Below are positions 26,312-38,833 of a stretch of 64,000 nt of DNA, piece after piece. Where the stretch lies: positions 1,054,001 to 1,118,000 of the forward strand of contig NW_026250410.1 of the NCBI RefSeq assembly GCF_024521635.1. The letters run 5' to 3'. The DNA is from Tricharina praecox. Its lineage: Eukaryota. Made by a program: the position numbers and the translations under genes. Each line of letters opens with the position of its first letter. Positions within the stretch are counted from its first letter, which is position 1. Below the pieces are notes generated by a model. That model saw only the letters and a program-made list of their open reading frames with translations. It was not told the DNA's origin and did not search any database.

Positions 26312-27466
26312 ATGGAGACAACAGCGCCCGCCGCAGATACGACGCCAGTCGAGCCAGCAATAGCAGCAGCTACCCCACCACAAGCAGCCCCGCCAGCCAC
26401 GAAACCACCCCCCAGCAAGGTCGCCGCAGCCACAGTCGAAGATGGCGACGGCGACGGCGATGACTCGGACGACGACCTAGACGATCTAGATGGTCAGCCC
26501 TTGGCAGCCCGTACTCTTCTCCGCCGACAACATCGCTGACACATGATGGCGGGGTGTTTAGACATGCTAGACGAGTTCGACGACGGATCCGCGGGGGCCA
26601 AGGCAGCAACGGGCAGCGGAAAGGCCGGCGAACCAGTTATCGACGAGGAGTGGGCGCGCATGCTACAGGAGGGCATGGCGGACCTGCTGAGCGACGTCAA
26701 CCAGTCTGTTCGTTACCCCCGCCCCGGTTCCTACTGTGAGGGGTTTCGCTAACACTCGCGCAGCCAGAGATGCAGGGACAGTTCGAGAAACTGGCGAAAG
26801 AGCTGAACGAGGTGATGGCCGGGGACGCTACAAGTACAAGTGCGGCGCCGCCCGCCGTTGCTCCCGCTGCTGCTGCTGCTGCTGCGGCGGCGGACCCGAA
26901 GGCAGCCGATAACTTCCAGGAACGCATAAAGGCCACAATGGACCGGATGAAGTCGTCGAACGCCGAGGTGGACGCGGGACTTGCCGATGCGGATTCGGAC
27001 GACTTCTTGGCCGAGATGCTCAAGACGATGGGCGGAGCTGGCGGCGACGGAGAGGAGGACTTCTCGACGATGCTGGTCACCATGATGGAGCAGTTGACCA
27101 GTAAGGAGATTCTCTACGAGCCCATGAAGGAGCTGTACGAGAAGTACCCCGAGTGGATGCGCAAGAACGAGGCGAAGGAGAGTAAGGACGACATGGCGAG
27201 GTACAGGGCGCAGTTCGCCATCGTCAAGGAAATCGTCAACAAGTTCGATGAGCCCGGCTACAAGGACGAGGACGAGAGCTGTAGAGAATACATCGTGGAG
27301 CGCATGCAGAAGGTGAGATGCCCCGCTACACGCATCTGATTGTGCCCAAGCTGACTGAGGACCGTGATAGATGCAAACCGCTGGTGCCCCGCCGCAAGAG
27401 CTGATGGGCGACGTGGGTCAAGGTCTCGATCCGCCCGATGTTCCTTCCGACTGTGGAGTTCAGTGA
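26312..27466 (+). CDS. PEX19: Peroxisomal membrane protein import receptor Pex19, 4 exons
   Basis: DDDLDDLDDMLDEF (spliced); FQERIKATMDRMK; MMEQLTSKEILYEPMKEL; MQKMQTAGAPPQELMGD; C-terminal CaaX CGVQ*. Confidence 0.95.
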
Positions 27467-27835
27467 TGTCTTGGTGGGTGTAAATAATGCCACAATATTC
27501 TGCTCTGCTTGCTTGCTTGTCACCATGCTTGTTGCTTCATTATATTCTATCGCTACTTTCCACTTGTTTTCCATAAACCCAAAGACCGGCGAGGCAACTG
27601 AAATACCTAGATGATCCAGTCTCATCCTCGCTGTCGGAGTGCGAATCTACAAACCCTCACCGAAATCAACAGAGAAAAACTGCAAAAGACACAAAGAACG
27701 CCACTAATAATACACCCGTGAAATGCACAAACCATTCTTTCAAAAATGAACCAAAAAACCAATCCAATCCATGCATCAATCAGCAGTCGACAATCAGCGA
27801 ACCAGCAATCAGCATCAGCAATTCAGCAATCAGCA

Positions 27836-28474
27836 TCAGCAATCACCCATCTTCTGGTCCAGATCCAAATCCATAGACGAGAGCAGCTTCTCCAGCTCCC
27901 TCCCATCGCGATCGAGGAACTCTTCAAAGTCGTTGTGCCCATCGCCATCATGTTGCGCAACTGCTCCCAATCCGTCAGTCCTATACACCCCAGTCATCCA
28001 GTCGTACATACCGATCTCACTTAACTCCTCCTCCTCCTCAGGTAACTCCTCCCCCCGCTCCCCCTCGTCATCCTCCTCCTCCTCCCTAATAGTCGCAATC
28101 CTCCCCGCCGCTTTCTCCTGACTCGCCCTCCAGCGCTTCTGCTCGGCCACAAAGATCATGCGCATGATCTCGTCCTGTCCGCCGCGCGCCTGCCACGCCG
28201 CCTCCTCGCGCGCGCTCTGTACCTTCTTGAGGAACAGCGTGCGCCGCGACTCCGCTGTCGATGTGGCCGATCGCGGGATCGGCTTGAAGGCGCGTTTAGG
28301 CTGGAGAAGCCGCGGGGTGCGGGGCGGGGAGGGGGGGAGTGCTGATAATGGCGAGGAGAGCGCGGGTGCGAATATGTTGCTGCTGTTGCTACTGCGGTGC
28401 GGCGTGGTAGGCGTGGTAGGCGTGGTGGGTGCGCCACGCGGATTGGGAGGCGGCGCGTTACTGGTCATGAACAT
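27836..28474 (-). CDS. Conserved-looking fungal hypothetical protein; probable in-frame 51-nt intron 27961-28011
   Basis: ATG in aaacaATG context; P/S/T-rich N-terminus; helical core RRTLFLKKVQSAREEAAWQARGGQDEIMRMIF; acidic tail; GTATGT...CTGAC...CAG intron signals. Confidence 0.75.
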   Translation of the reverse strand: MFMTSNAPPPNPRGAPTTPTTPTTPHRSSNSSNIFAPALSSPLSALPPSPPRTPRLLQPKRAFKPIPRSATSTAESRRTLFLKKVQSAREEAAWQARGGQDEIMRMIFVAEQKRWRASQEKAAGRIATIREEEEDDEGERGEELPEEEEELSEIGMYDWMTGVYRTDGLGAVAQHDGDGHNDFEEFLDRDGRELEKLLSSMDLDLDQKMGDC

Positions 28475-31317
28475 TGTTTTCTCTGTCGTTCTGTAGCTCT
28501 GTAGTTCTGTCGGTGTGCGAGCGGTCGTTGTGCGTGCGTGCGTGTGTGTGGAGTGGAGTGGAGTATGTAGGGTGGAGTGGTGGTGATGTGGTGTGGTTGT
28601 GTGGTGTGGTGATGGAGGAGAGTTGCGTAGAGTTCAATCGGTGCAGTTGCAGTGGGGTGTGATAGTTACGCGACTGCTAGTTTGCACTTTTTCGCGTACC
28701 CCTGGCTGGCGACCGTGACAAGGGCCAGAACATTAACATCGACGTCAACATCGACATCAAAAGCGGCACCGAACGAACGAAATGTCATGATCAAGATGTC
28801 GAGTGGGATAGAGATGGAAAGAGAGTGAGTGATAGAAGAAGACGGACTGCAGGTTTGGGATTGGAAGATGGCACTTGGATTGGTTATCTACGATACAGAC
28901 AATAATGGGAAAGAAGCTGTTTGACAGGACGAAACAACGGCAACGTCAACAATAACACCGAATGAAATACCATGATTGAGGACGAGGATAACAAACAAAC
29001 ACTAGGAGCCTGAGTGACAATCGGGGGACTGGGGATTTGAGGAAATTCTTGGGAGGTGAAGATCTGAGGCCGGTTACTTGTTACGTAAGTGAGCCTCAGA
29101 GCGTCCATGCATCAGTCTGCCCTCGAACAAACGAAGTCAGGAATCCACCTGCAGGTATCGCGAGTGAGAATATCGTGTTTGCTGCTCAGCTGGCTACCTA
29201 GACAAGGGAACCGGGCCATCGCGAAGCACTCCGGTTTCTTCCATAGATTAGTCTTGCGTTGGAATCAAAGTAGAGCGCCAGTCCTATTCACAAGACACAG
29301 GGGAGAGAGAAGTCCGTCCATGGACCTGGCTGGACATAGGTAGAGTATGGAAACGTAATAAACACATCGTTCATCAACATCCTGACCTCTCCCCCCGCTT
29401 CCCCGGCTCCCCGGGAGGGAAGGCTGTCACAATTTCCAGCGGGTGATCCTTCACGGTTTGTCAGGGAAGAGGAGGGAGCTGGAAGTCATCTCGTAATGAC
29501 GTCTGGACATCAGCATGCGATCCCAACGAACACCGCAGATTTTTTATTTTCGCAAACTCGATGGCGATGGGTTTTGGTGTATCAGTTTCCGGGCAGCGAG
29601 CACGTCAATGCATCCAACCCCAAATTAGAAGACATGGAGCGGAGCTGAGACTAGGGCGTCAATCACGACATCGGGTACGGCCTGGGTACTCCGATCACCG
29701 GCGGTAATGGCGGCACGTCCAGATACTCCATATGTCCCCACAGCACTTCACTCTGGCCGGCCGACAGAGAGACAGACGGCGGGCACGAGCACCCGTGGAC
29801 GTCCGGACATATGATGGCTGGATGCATATGTCGGCGACTGTATTTCTTCCCATCCAAATCTCGATGGTGGATAGGCATGTCTTAGGAGGGACGTGAGAAG
29901 ATCTCCGCCCGGCGGGGAAAGAAAGGGAATGGAGACGGCGAGTATGGCAGCAGCATCTTCGGCGGGTTGTGCTCCTACCCAAGACATAACCCTCTCCCAC
30001 AGCTACCTACCCCCGCACTGACTGAGCCTTGTAACACAACAGACAATGGGTGACGACAGACGGTAACGGGAAACCCCCACACTGCGAGGTGAAAACTGGG
30101 ATCCATCGAGCAAATGGTCCATCGGAGCTGCAGCTTGGACCAACATTGTCACCAGGAATTGGACTCGGTGCTGGTTTCGCACGGGAAGCAATGGCGATCC
30201 ATCCGTTCCCCGGTCGTTGACTCAAAGCTGAAGAATTCAGTGACAGCTCTGCTCAGCAGAGTTAACCTTCGCCGCCATCGCCATCGCCATCGGAAATCCG
30301 CAAGCTTCTGTGGAAGAAAGGATGGAAGCCCAGAAGAAGGGAAGAGAAAAGAAAGGAGCAGCCTGTCAGATCACATCGCATTGCTGCAGGTAGCCGTTGA
30401 AGAATGAGCTCAGCCAGCATCTCGGCATGGTATCGAGCCTTATGCACCCCGCAAAACAAACCTTTCGCGCGAATTCCGAATCAGCAGGCTGCAGGGATGG
30501 CAATGCACAAGATCGATGATAAAGATGCTCCAATTGAGGTGACGGGACCGAGAAGAGCTCTTCATCCGGATCGGTGAGTGGTGATGCTGGTAGTCGGCGT
30601 TCATCGCAGCCAAGCCGTGTTGGTCGGACATGCTGTGTCCTGGAAGAAGGATCGAAGCTATCTGGATTCTGGATGGTGCCCTTGTGCTCTAGAGCAGATA
30701 GCAGTTGGAGAGCTCGACCGCCTCCCGTGACCGGCGCACTGGTGGTGCGAGTCACGTGGACGAGGCGCCTACTGCACTTAGGCAGAAAGCGCAGATAAGA
30801 GCGGTGGTTCAATCCGGACAACCTACTCTACTGAAGGATACCGTAGAGTGCAGTCCGTACGGGGAGGTACATACCTTGACGTGCTGAGCATACATGCTCT
30901 GCAGCATGTCGTAGGCGATCACTATCTATACCGTCGAACGGGATTTCCGAGGAACGACAGAGCCTGGGTCCGACTCTGCTGCCATGGCGAAGTCCCACAT
31001 GTTTCCCGCGCGGTCTCATGAACGCCGTGGACCTTGTGACTGCAGAGGGGATCTCAAAACCACCATAAGTAATTTTGATCACTAACGGGTCCCACAAAAA
31101 GAAATCATGGGGGGCGCACATACACGTTGCCTCGAAGCGGAAGGGCGGGAGGAGGAGGGAAGCCGCACCGTGAGGTCGATATCGCTGGGACCATGGGTTA
31201 GGGTGGTGGATTCGAATTTCTCCCCACTTTGATTGGGGCGGAAGTCTATGGTGGGGTGGGGGGGACCGAAGGGAAGGGAAGGGGAGAGGGACAATCGGCC
31301 TTCACCCAGCCTAGACC

Positions 31318-31324
31318 TGAGTCA
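31318..31324. promoter_or_regulatory. Gcn4/CpcA (cross-pathway control) consensus site TGAGTCA upstream of asparagine synthetase
   Basis: Perfect 7-mer ~230 bp upstream of the ATG and ~60 bp upstream of TATATAA (31382-31388). Confidence 0.55.
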
Positions 31325-31551
31325 CCAAGCGAGCCAAAATTTTGGGGCCAGGGCTTGTTCTCTTCCTCTCGTGCAAGTCCGTATATAACCAGCTCGAAGG
31401 CTCGCCTTTTCCACCCCGTCATCCGCCTCACACTCCCGTCCACTCGCCGTCCGTCCACTCGCCGCCGTCGTTTACGCATCTCTATATACCCCTCTGACAA
31501 CACCAGGGCCGAAGACTTCTCTCCATCCACAGCGAGTCAATTGCAGCAAAT

Positions 31552-33824
31552 ATGTGTGGTATGTCGTGTGGCTTGGTTTCGGCCCTTGCCCCCCTAGTAT
31601 TTACCCCGCCAGAATCGCAGTTTGCTGATAGTGGGGCGCTGAAGGAATCTTTGCCTGCCACAAGCACCCCGAAGTGCGGAAGTTCAAGCCTCAAGCTCTG
31701 CAGCTGGCAAAGGCGTAAGTGACGCCGCCCTTTGGTGTTTTCTGTTTGTCTTCGCGCATTGACTGACTGGCCGTTCCTGAAGCATCCGTCACCGTGGCCC
31801 GGACTGGAGTGAGTCCCTGATACCTTATCTCGCCGATGAAAACTCATTCTGACCACAATTGATGATCACCAGGTGGAAACATCATCGCCAATGATACCAG
31901 TTTGTCCCCCTTCTCCCCCCTCCTGTACACTGATAAATGTGGACAATGGTGAACTGACGTCCTGACCAGTTTTGACACACGAGCGTCTGTCTATTGTCGG
32001 AATTGGTACTGCAATCGAACCACCCCACTTCGTCCTTATCTAACCTGCTGGCTACAGACTCCGGTGCACAACCTTTGGTCAACGAGGCGGGTACCGTTTT
32101 CCTTGCCGTCAATGGCGAGATCTACAACCACAGGATACTGCGCAAGAAGCTGAAGGGCACCCCCACTTTCAAGACTAACTCTGACTGCGAAGTCATCCTG
32201 CACTTGGTACCACCAGCCAGATCGTATCTACCGGAGAATAGAACAGAGGGGGCTAACGATTTGCACAGTATGAGGAACATGACATCGACACTCCCAAGCT
32301 CCTCGACGGAATGTTCTCCTTTGTCCTCTACGACAAGGAGAAGGACCGCACGATCGCTGCCCGTGATCCCATCGGAATCACTAGTTTTTACCAGGGCTTC
32401 TCGTCCAAGACCCCCGGCGCCGTCTACTTCGCGTCCGAGTTGAAGTGTCTGCACCCGGTGTGCGACAAGATCATCTCCTTTCCTCCCGGCCACATTTACG
32501 ACTCCGCCACTGGCAAGACGACAAGATACTTCGAGCCGACGTGGTGGGAGCCTAGCCGCGTCCCCACCAGCCCGGTCGACTACAAGAAGATCCGCACCAC
32601 CCTCGAGAAGGCTGTCCGCAAGCGTCTCATGGCCGAAGTGCCCTACGGTGTCCTCCTCTCCGGCGGTCTCGACTCGAGCTTGATCGCTTCCATCGCCGCA
32701 CGGGAAACGGCCAGGGCCCGCGCCAGCGGCACCCTCGCCACCAACGGAAGTGCTAACGGCCACCTCGGTCTGGCACTCCAGCACGATCTCGTCGGCATCG
32801 ACGACAGCGACGATGATCTCACCACCATCACCGCTCTCCCCGAGCTCCACTCCTTCTCCATCGGTTTGGTCAACTCCCCCGACACCGTCGCCGCCCGCAA
32901 GGTAGCCAAGTACCTCGGCACCGTCCACCACGAGTTCAACTTCACTCTCCAGGAGGGTCTCGACGCTCTGCGCGACGTTATCTACCATCTCGAGACCTAC
33001 GACGTGACCACCATCCGCGCATCCACTCCCATGTACCTCCTCTCGCGGAAGATCAAGGCTCAGGGCGTAAAGATGGTTCTCTCGGGCGAAGGCTCCGACG
33101 AGGTCTACGGAGGCTACCTCTACTTCGTCAACGCCCCCTCCAAGGAGGACTTCCACGCCGAGACCATTGACCGCGTCAAGAACCTGCACTTGGCGGACTG
33201 CCTTCGCGCCAACAAGTCGACATCCGCCTGGGGTGTTGAGGCCCGTGTGCCCTTCCTTGACAAGGAGTTCCTCGAGGTCTCCATGAACATCGACCCGGAG
33301 GAGAAGCTCATCAAGCGCGATCAGGGCCGCATCGAGAAATACATTCTCCGCAAGGCCTTTGACACCACTGACGAGCCGGACGTGACCCCCTACCTCCCCG
33401 ACGAGATCCTGTGGCGCCAGAAGGAGCAGTTCTCCGATGGTGTTGGATACGGATGGATCGATATCCTCAAGGTACCCCTCCCCCTCCTCCCAACTAACCC
33501 CCCCCCCCCTCCCCCTCCTCCCAACTAACCCCCCCCCCCCCCCCCCCCCCCACCACCACCACTAACCCGCTCTCCCAGGACACTGCCGCGGCGCAAATCA
33601 CAGACGAGCAGATGGCCCACCCCAAGGCCGAGTGGGGCAGCGACATCCCGGACACGAAGGAGGCATACTGGTACCGCTTGATGTTCGACGAGCAGTTCCC
33701 GCAGCAGTGCGCCGAGACGGTGATGAGGTGGACTCCGAAGTGGTCCAACCAGACGGATCCGTCTGGCCGTGCCATCGCCACCCACGTCGCCCGGTACGAC
33801 GATGCTGCTACCGTTGCCGCTTAG
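31552..33824 (+). CDS. ASN1: Glutamine-dependent asparagine synthetase, 8 exons
   Basis: Spliced N-terminus [11 protein letters not shown]...[11 protein letters not shown]...[88 protein letters not shown]. Confidence 0.97.
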
Positions 33825-34394
33825 TTAGAGAGCGCGGGAGAAGAAAAAAGGGTTGGGGAGTTTTTTTTTTTTTTTGGTTGGTTGGTTGGTTGGTGCTGGC
33901 TGGTGCTGGTTCGCAGATTTTGTATCAAATTGTACCGTTATGTAGTATGGGATGGGATAGGGCGGGTTGGATCGGGTTGGGTCGGGTTGGGGTTTTGTCG
34001 ATATATGTATGAAACGTCTGCTATGTTTGAGGTGGAAATGGTTGGGGTTTCTTGGTTCAAATTAGAAGTTTTTGCTCCTGACTTGCTTGAAGTAGAGTAC
34101 TTGGTGATCGTGAGTGTGCGGAATCGTTCTTGCCGTGGGGATCATGATTGTTCAGAATCGTTCTTGCTGTAATGAGAATGGGGTACCTATGGAAAGTAGG
34201 TAGGGCAAGCAGACATGTCCGTCATCATTATCACCATAAAGTATTTACAATTTGTCAAGAGTACTCCCGCCAACCAATGACAAAAGGAATCGTAGTGCCC
34301 ATCACTCATCTCAGCATCGTATGCCTTTATTCTCCCGAAAAAATAGTAAGTGTAAAGCAGCGAACAATCCCAACGAAAAAACCACAGCCCCAAT

Positions 34395-35799
34395 CTACAA
34401 CTTTTGGTACTCTAGCTTTCCCTCCAGCTTCTTCATCTCCGCCACCTTACGCACGGCCTTCATCATATCGTCCTGATTGATGGCCTCACGCTCGTCACGG
34501 ATCGCAAAGAATCCCGCCTCAGTCACCACATTACGCAGATCGGCACCGTTGAGCTGGTCGCTCATCTTGACGACACTCTCGTAGTCAATCTCGCCCTCCT
34601 TCGCCACACCGGCCGCATGGATCTTGAGAATCTCCATGCGACCCACCTCGTTGGGAAGCGGGATTTCGATTTTCCGGTCGAGACGACCGGCTCGTAGCAG
34701 CGCGGGGTCCAGGGTGTCGGGTCGGTTGGTGGCCATGATGATCTTGGTCTTGCCGAGGTAGTCGAAGCCGTCGAGTTGGTTCAGCAGCTCCATCAGTGTA
34801 CGTTGGATCTCACGGTCAGCAGAAGTGCCCTCGCTGAAACGTCGCCCTCCAATAGCGTCGATTTCGTCCATGAAGATGATACATGGCTCGTGCTCCTTGG
34901 CGTACCCGAACATCTCGCGGATCAGCCGTGCGCTCTCACCGATGTATTTGTCGACGATGGCCGAGGAGACAACTATGTATGCTTCGTCAGCGTGCCGATC
35001 CTCGGCTGATGGCACTCGTAGCGGACGAACCTTTGAGGAAGTTGGTTTCCAGTCCACTTGCGACAGCTCTTGCCAACAGGGTCTTTCCGGTTCCTGGGGG
35101 ACCGTACAGCAACACTCCCTTCGGCGGCTTAATTCCGATTCGCATGAACAGTTCCGGATTCTTGAGCGGCAGCTCGATGACTTCTCGCAGCTCACGGATC
35201 TGATCGTTGAGACCACCGATACCGCCGAACGACACCTGGCCCGGGTCCTCGAGCGACATGTTGTAGACAAGCGGGTCAACCTCGCGCGGCAGCATCCGCA
35301 TGATGGTCAGTGTCGTCATATCTAGCGCCACTCGTACACCCTGCTTCAACTTCGCTTTGTCGACCTTGGAACGGCAACCGACCACATAGCGGGGACCGGA
35401 GGAGGCTGTAATGGGGGTGGATGTTAGCTAACTGCGGGCAGTGGGGGTGCGCGGGCGCGGGCGCGTGTACCTTTCACGATGACTATAGAGGTCAGCAGAG
35501 ATTCGATATGAATGGGGATGCTGGGAAACACGCACACCGCTCGTCGTCTAGCTGTTTCAGCACCTCGCCGATGATCTGACCCACACTCTGCAGTGCTTTG
35601 ATGTTGTCCTCGGTGTGATCAAACTCCTTGGTGAACTCTTTGATCTCCATTCGTAAACCCTTGAGCTTTGCGTCCCATTCTCTGTGTTCTAGTAGCTGTG
35701 GGGCTGGTGTTAGAAGCGCCAGAGATGCAGGCGGGGTTCAAATGCTACCTTCTGCTTGTAGTCGGACAGCGCCGACGTGCGCTCCGGATCCTGGGCCAT
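34395..35799 (-). CDS. RPT4: 26S proteasome regulatory AAA ATPase Rpt4 (PSMC6)
   Basis: [37 protein letters not shown] (spliced through a 12-nt exon at 35471-35482); Walker A GPPGTGKT; Walker [22 protein letters not shown]-terminal [11 protein letters not shown]. Confidence 0.97.
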
Positions 35800-36352
35800 G
35801 GCTGTAGGTTGGTGTGGTTGTTCGGCGGGAAGGTTTAGCTGCGGTCTGTGGTAGCGATGGATGACGAGAGTGGATGGATTGAATGATGGGTGGTGATAGC
35901 TTTGGTGATGCTGTTGAGTTGGTGGGATTGTTTTTGGTCGAGGCAAGCTAACATATCCATCATCCATCATTCACGCTTCCCTACCAGTCCCAGATGTGCG
36001 CACCGCGTGGTAGACTGCAGACCAGCACCGCCACAGAGCCACTCTCGGTGCAATACATCCGCTCGGGCCCGTATCTGCACCGCCACGTCTCTGCCCTAAG
36101 CTTAAACGTAGCTGCAGGAACCGGCAAGGTTCAACAGGAGAAGGGTGAATGCAGAAGGAGCAGCGGCCGCCCGGGAAACCTCCTGCTACTCACCCCACAA
36201 CCCGTTCGATCTTTTTTTTCCAGAGGCGACTTCTGGGCAGATCTATTTCTCTACATAATTGAGTGCGTCTGCAGCCCCTTTGCTCGTACCCACCATCTTC
36301 TCCCTCGTTCTTCCCTCATCTTCACCTTCGCTACATACCCCTTTTGTCCATC

Positions 36353-37686
36353 ATGGGAGTGTCCGCTACGAAATCCAACGGCAAAACAGCTGCGGCTGCG
36401 AACAAGCCCTTTGAGCTTCCTACGGATGCAGCTGGAAACGAGAAAACCTCAGATTGGCTCTGGGTACAGTGCCTCCCCTGGCTTTTGCGTTATCTCTGCT
36501 GACTTGTTGCATAGACCTACCAAGAAGAGCCTCACCGGACACGAAGACACCAGATCATCAAGGCGCACCCAGAAGTCCGCACCCCCCGTCGTGATCTCTC
36601 GCGCCCTAGCTAACCTTCATCAACAGGTAACCAAGCTCTGCGGACCAGAGCCATTGACGAAATGGACTGTCCTCCTCGTAGTATCGATTCAAGTCACCTG
36701 CGCGATCCTGCTGCGAAACACGTCAATCCTCAGCTGGCAGTTCTTGTTGACCGCGTACTTCATCGGTGCAACTTCCAACCAAAACCTGTTCCTTGCTATC
36801 CATGAGATCTCCCACAACTTGGCCTTCCGGAAGCCAATTTACAACCGGCTGCTGGCCATCTTCGCGAACCTCCCCATCGGCATACCCTACAGCGCCGCTT
36901 TCCGGGTTAGTCACTTCGTCCGATATCCACAGTATACAGCTAATAATGTGTGCAGCCCTACCACCTGATCCACCACAAGTCCCTCGGTGTCGAAGGACTC
37001 GACACTGATCTTCCTACCCGGCTCGAGGCCGTATTCCTGGACAGCATCGCAGGAAAGGCCTTCTTCTGCACTTTCCAGATCCTCTTCTACGCCCTGCGGC
37101 CGATGGCAGTGTTCCAGCTTCCTTTCACGCACATCCATGGGCTCAACCTGGCCACGCAAATCGCCTTTGACTGCCTGATCGTAAATTACTTTGGCTGGCA
37201 CTCAATGATCTACTTCCTGGCCAGTAGCTTCCTCGCTGGCAGTCTGCACCCCACCGCCGGCCACTTCATCAGCGAACATGTTTGTCCCACACCCTTCCCC
37301 TGGGTAACCCCACTAACACCCCCCAGTACGTCTTTGACCAACAAACATCCTCTCCCCAATCCTCACCCTCTGCTGTCGCCGCCCCGGAGACGTACAGCTA
37401 CTACGGCGCATTGAACTTCTTCACCTACAACGTGGGCCTCCACAATGAGCACCACGACTTCCCTGCCATCCCATGGACCCGTCTCCACAAGCTCCGCGAT
37501 ATCGCCGCGGAATTCTACGAGCCCCTGCCGACACACAAGAGCTGGTCCTACGTTATCTTCCAGTTCATTACCGATCCCAATGTTAGCCTGTGGTCACGTG
37601 TCAAGAGGGATCAGCAGCGGAAGGTGGAGGCCCAGTGGACGGAGGGAGAGCTGGAGGGAATGGTCGAGGTTTCCAAGAGGGATTGA
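36353..37686 (+). CDS. DES1: Sphingolipid (dihydroceramide) delta-4 desaturase, 5 exons
   Basis: WLWTYQEEPHRTRRHQIIKAHPEVTKLCGPEPLTK (spliced); three His boxes HEISH, HLIHH and HNEHH; GSLHPTAGHFISEHY; PETYSYYG. Confidence 0.95.
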
Positions 37687-38235
37687 TTTGTCTGGTTGAT
37701 GCGGCGATGTCGTTTATGGATGTTTGATTTTTTTGGACATGTGATACCCACCGTGCGCCATCTGTATATGCACCGCTGGCTGGGGGAAGTATGGGTTGTA
37801 ATTCTGATTCTTAGAGCTTCTTTTGAGGATATGATTGATACTTGTTTAGAGTGAGCATGAATACACGCGTTTGAGAGATTAGGTGGAGGCTGTTATGCCT
37901 TCCGGATACTAGAGTCTGGGGGCTGGAAGTGGGACGGAGGTAGTGAGAGTAGGTAGCTGCGTAGGTATCCTGCAGAAACATCGCTATCTCACCCCGTCTT
38001 ATCACCACTACATCACGCCTCGTATCACTCGTCCGATCATTCACGTGCGCGATATCGATATCGATATCGAATCACATGTAGGTAGTCGTGTGCGTGATAT
38101 CGATATCTATCTGCACGTAGTCGTATGTACGTGTCCTCCGCACATCCAACCCCCGCTACATATCACCTCACCTCACCTCACCTTCACCTCCGCCCAGCTT
38201 CCCTCCAGCTCGTCAGCGACATAGCGACAGAAACC

Positions 38236-38605
38236 ATGCCATCACAAACTGCGGCCAAATCCGTAAACCTCCAGCTCCCGCTCTCGACCCTTCCGCCCCT
38301 CCAGACTACAACAAATATCGACGCGACTGTCAACTCGACTACTAAAGTCCGTTCCCCCTTCCTTCCCCTACTGTCACTAGCTACCATACCCCCTCTATAA
38401 TATAATAGAGCTTATAGCTGAGCGCTGGCTAACACCTCGTACATAGAGCCTGAATGCGCTCCTCCTAGCGAGCAACACGCTGCGGCAGCGCGCCGAAGTG
38501 GCGGCAGACAAGTTATCTTTCATGCCGCGCACGAGCGCGGTCAGCCATGCGCTATCGCATCTTACCGCTGCTGCTGTGGCCAGTGATGGACGGGAGTGGA
38601 GGTAG
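38236..38605 (+). CDS. Small spliced orphan protein (89 aa); exons 38236-38346 and 38447-38605
   Basis: gaaaccATG start; phase-0 intron GTCCGT...GCTAAC...ATAG; exon 2 is open in the same frame to TAG 38603-38605. Confidence 0.65.
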
Positions 38606-38833
38606 TGGTAGTGGATGTAGTGGTAGTGGTTGGAGGACGATGTTTATTTAATTTTCTACAATTATGGTTTTTGGACAACGGCGCTCCATTGGGCGAGAGC
38701 GAGAGAGAAAGAGAGAGAGAAAGAGTACAAAATGAAAATGGAATTGGAATTGGAATTAACAGGGAGAAGACATAGAAGTTCCACCGCTCCCGATTGCCAG
38801 AAACGAAAACACTGCATGATACACTAATGATAC

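Noticed and set aside
32122..33189. Long antisense ORF (355 aa), plus similar ones at 220-792, 6574-7260, 13385-14014, 47784-48575, 50273-51091 and 51382-52425
   Set aside because: Shadow ORFs opposite real genes, expected from strong GC3 codon bias; no recognisable motifs.
34395..34410. RPT4 C-terminal -QKL as a peroxisomal PTS1
   Set aside because: This is the ordinary conserved Rpt4 tail.
35994..36968. 324-aa ORF overlapping DES1
   Set aside because: Read-through of promoter and intron sequence into DES1 exon 3; the true gene starts at 36353 and is spliced.
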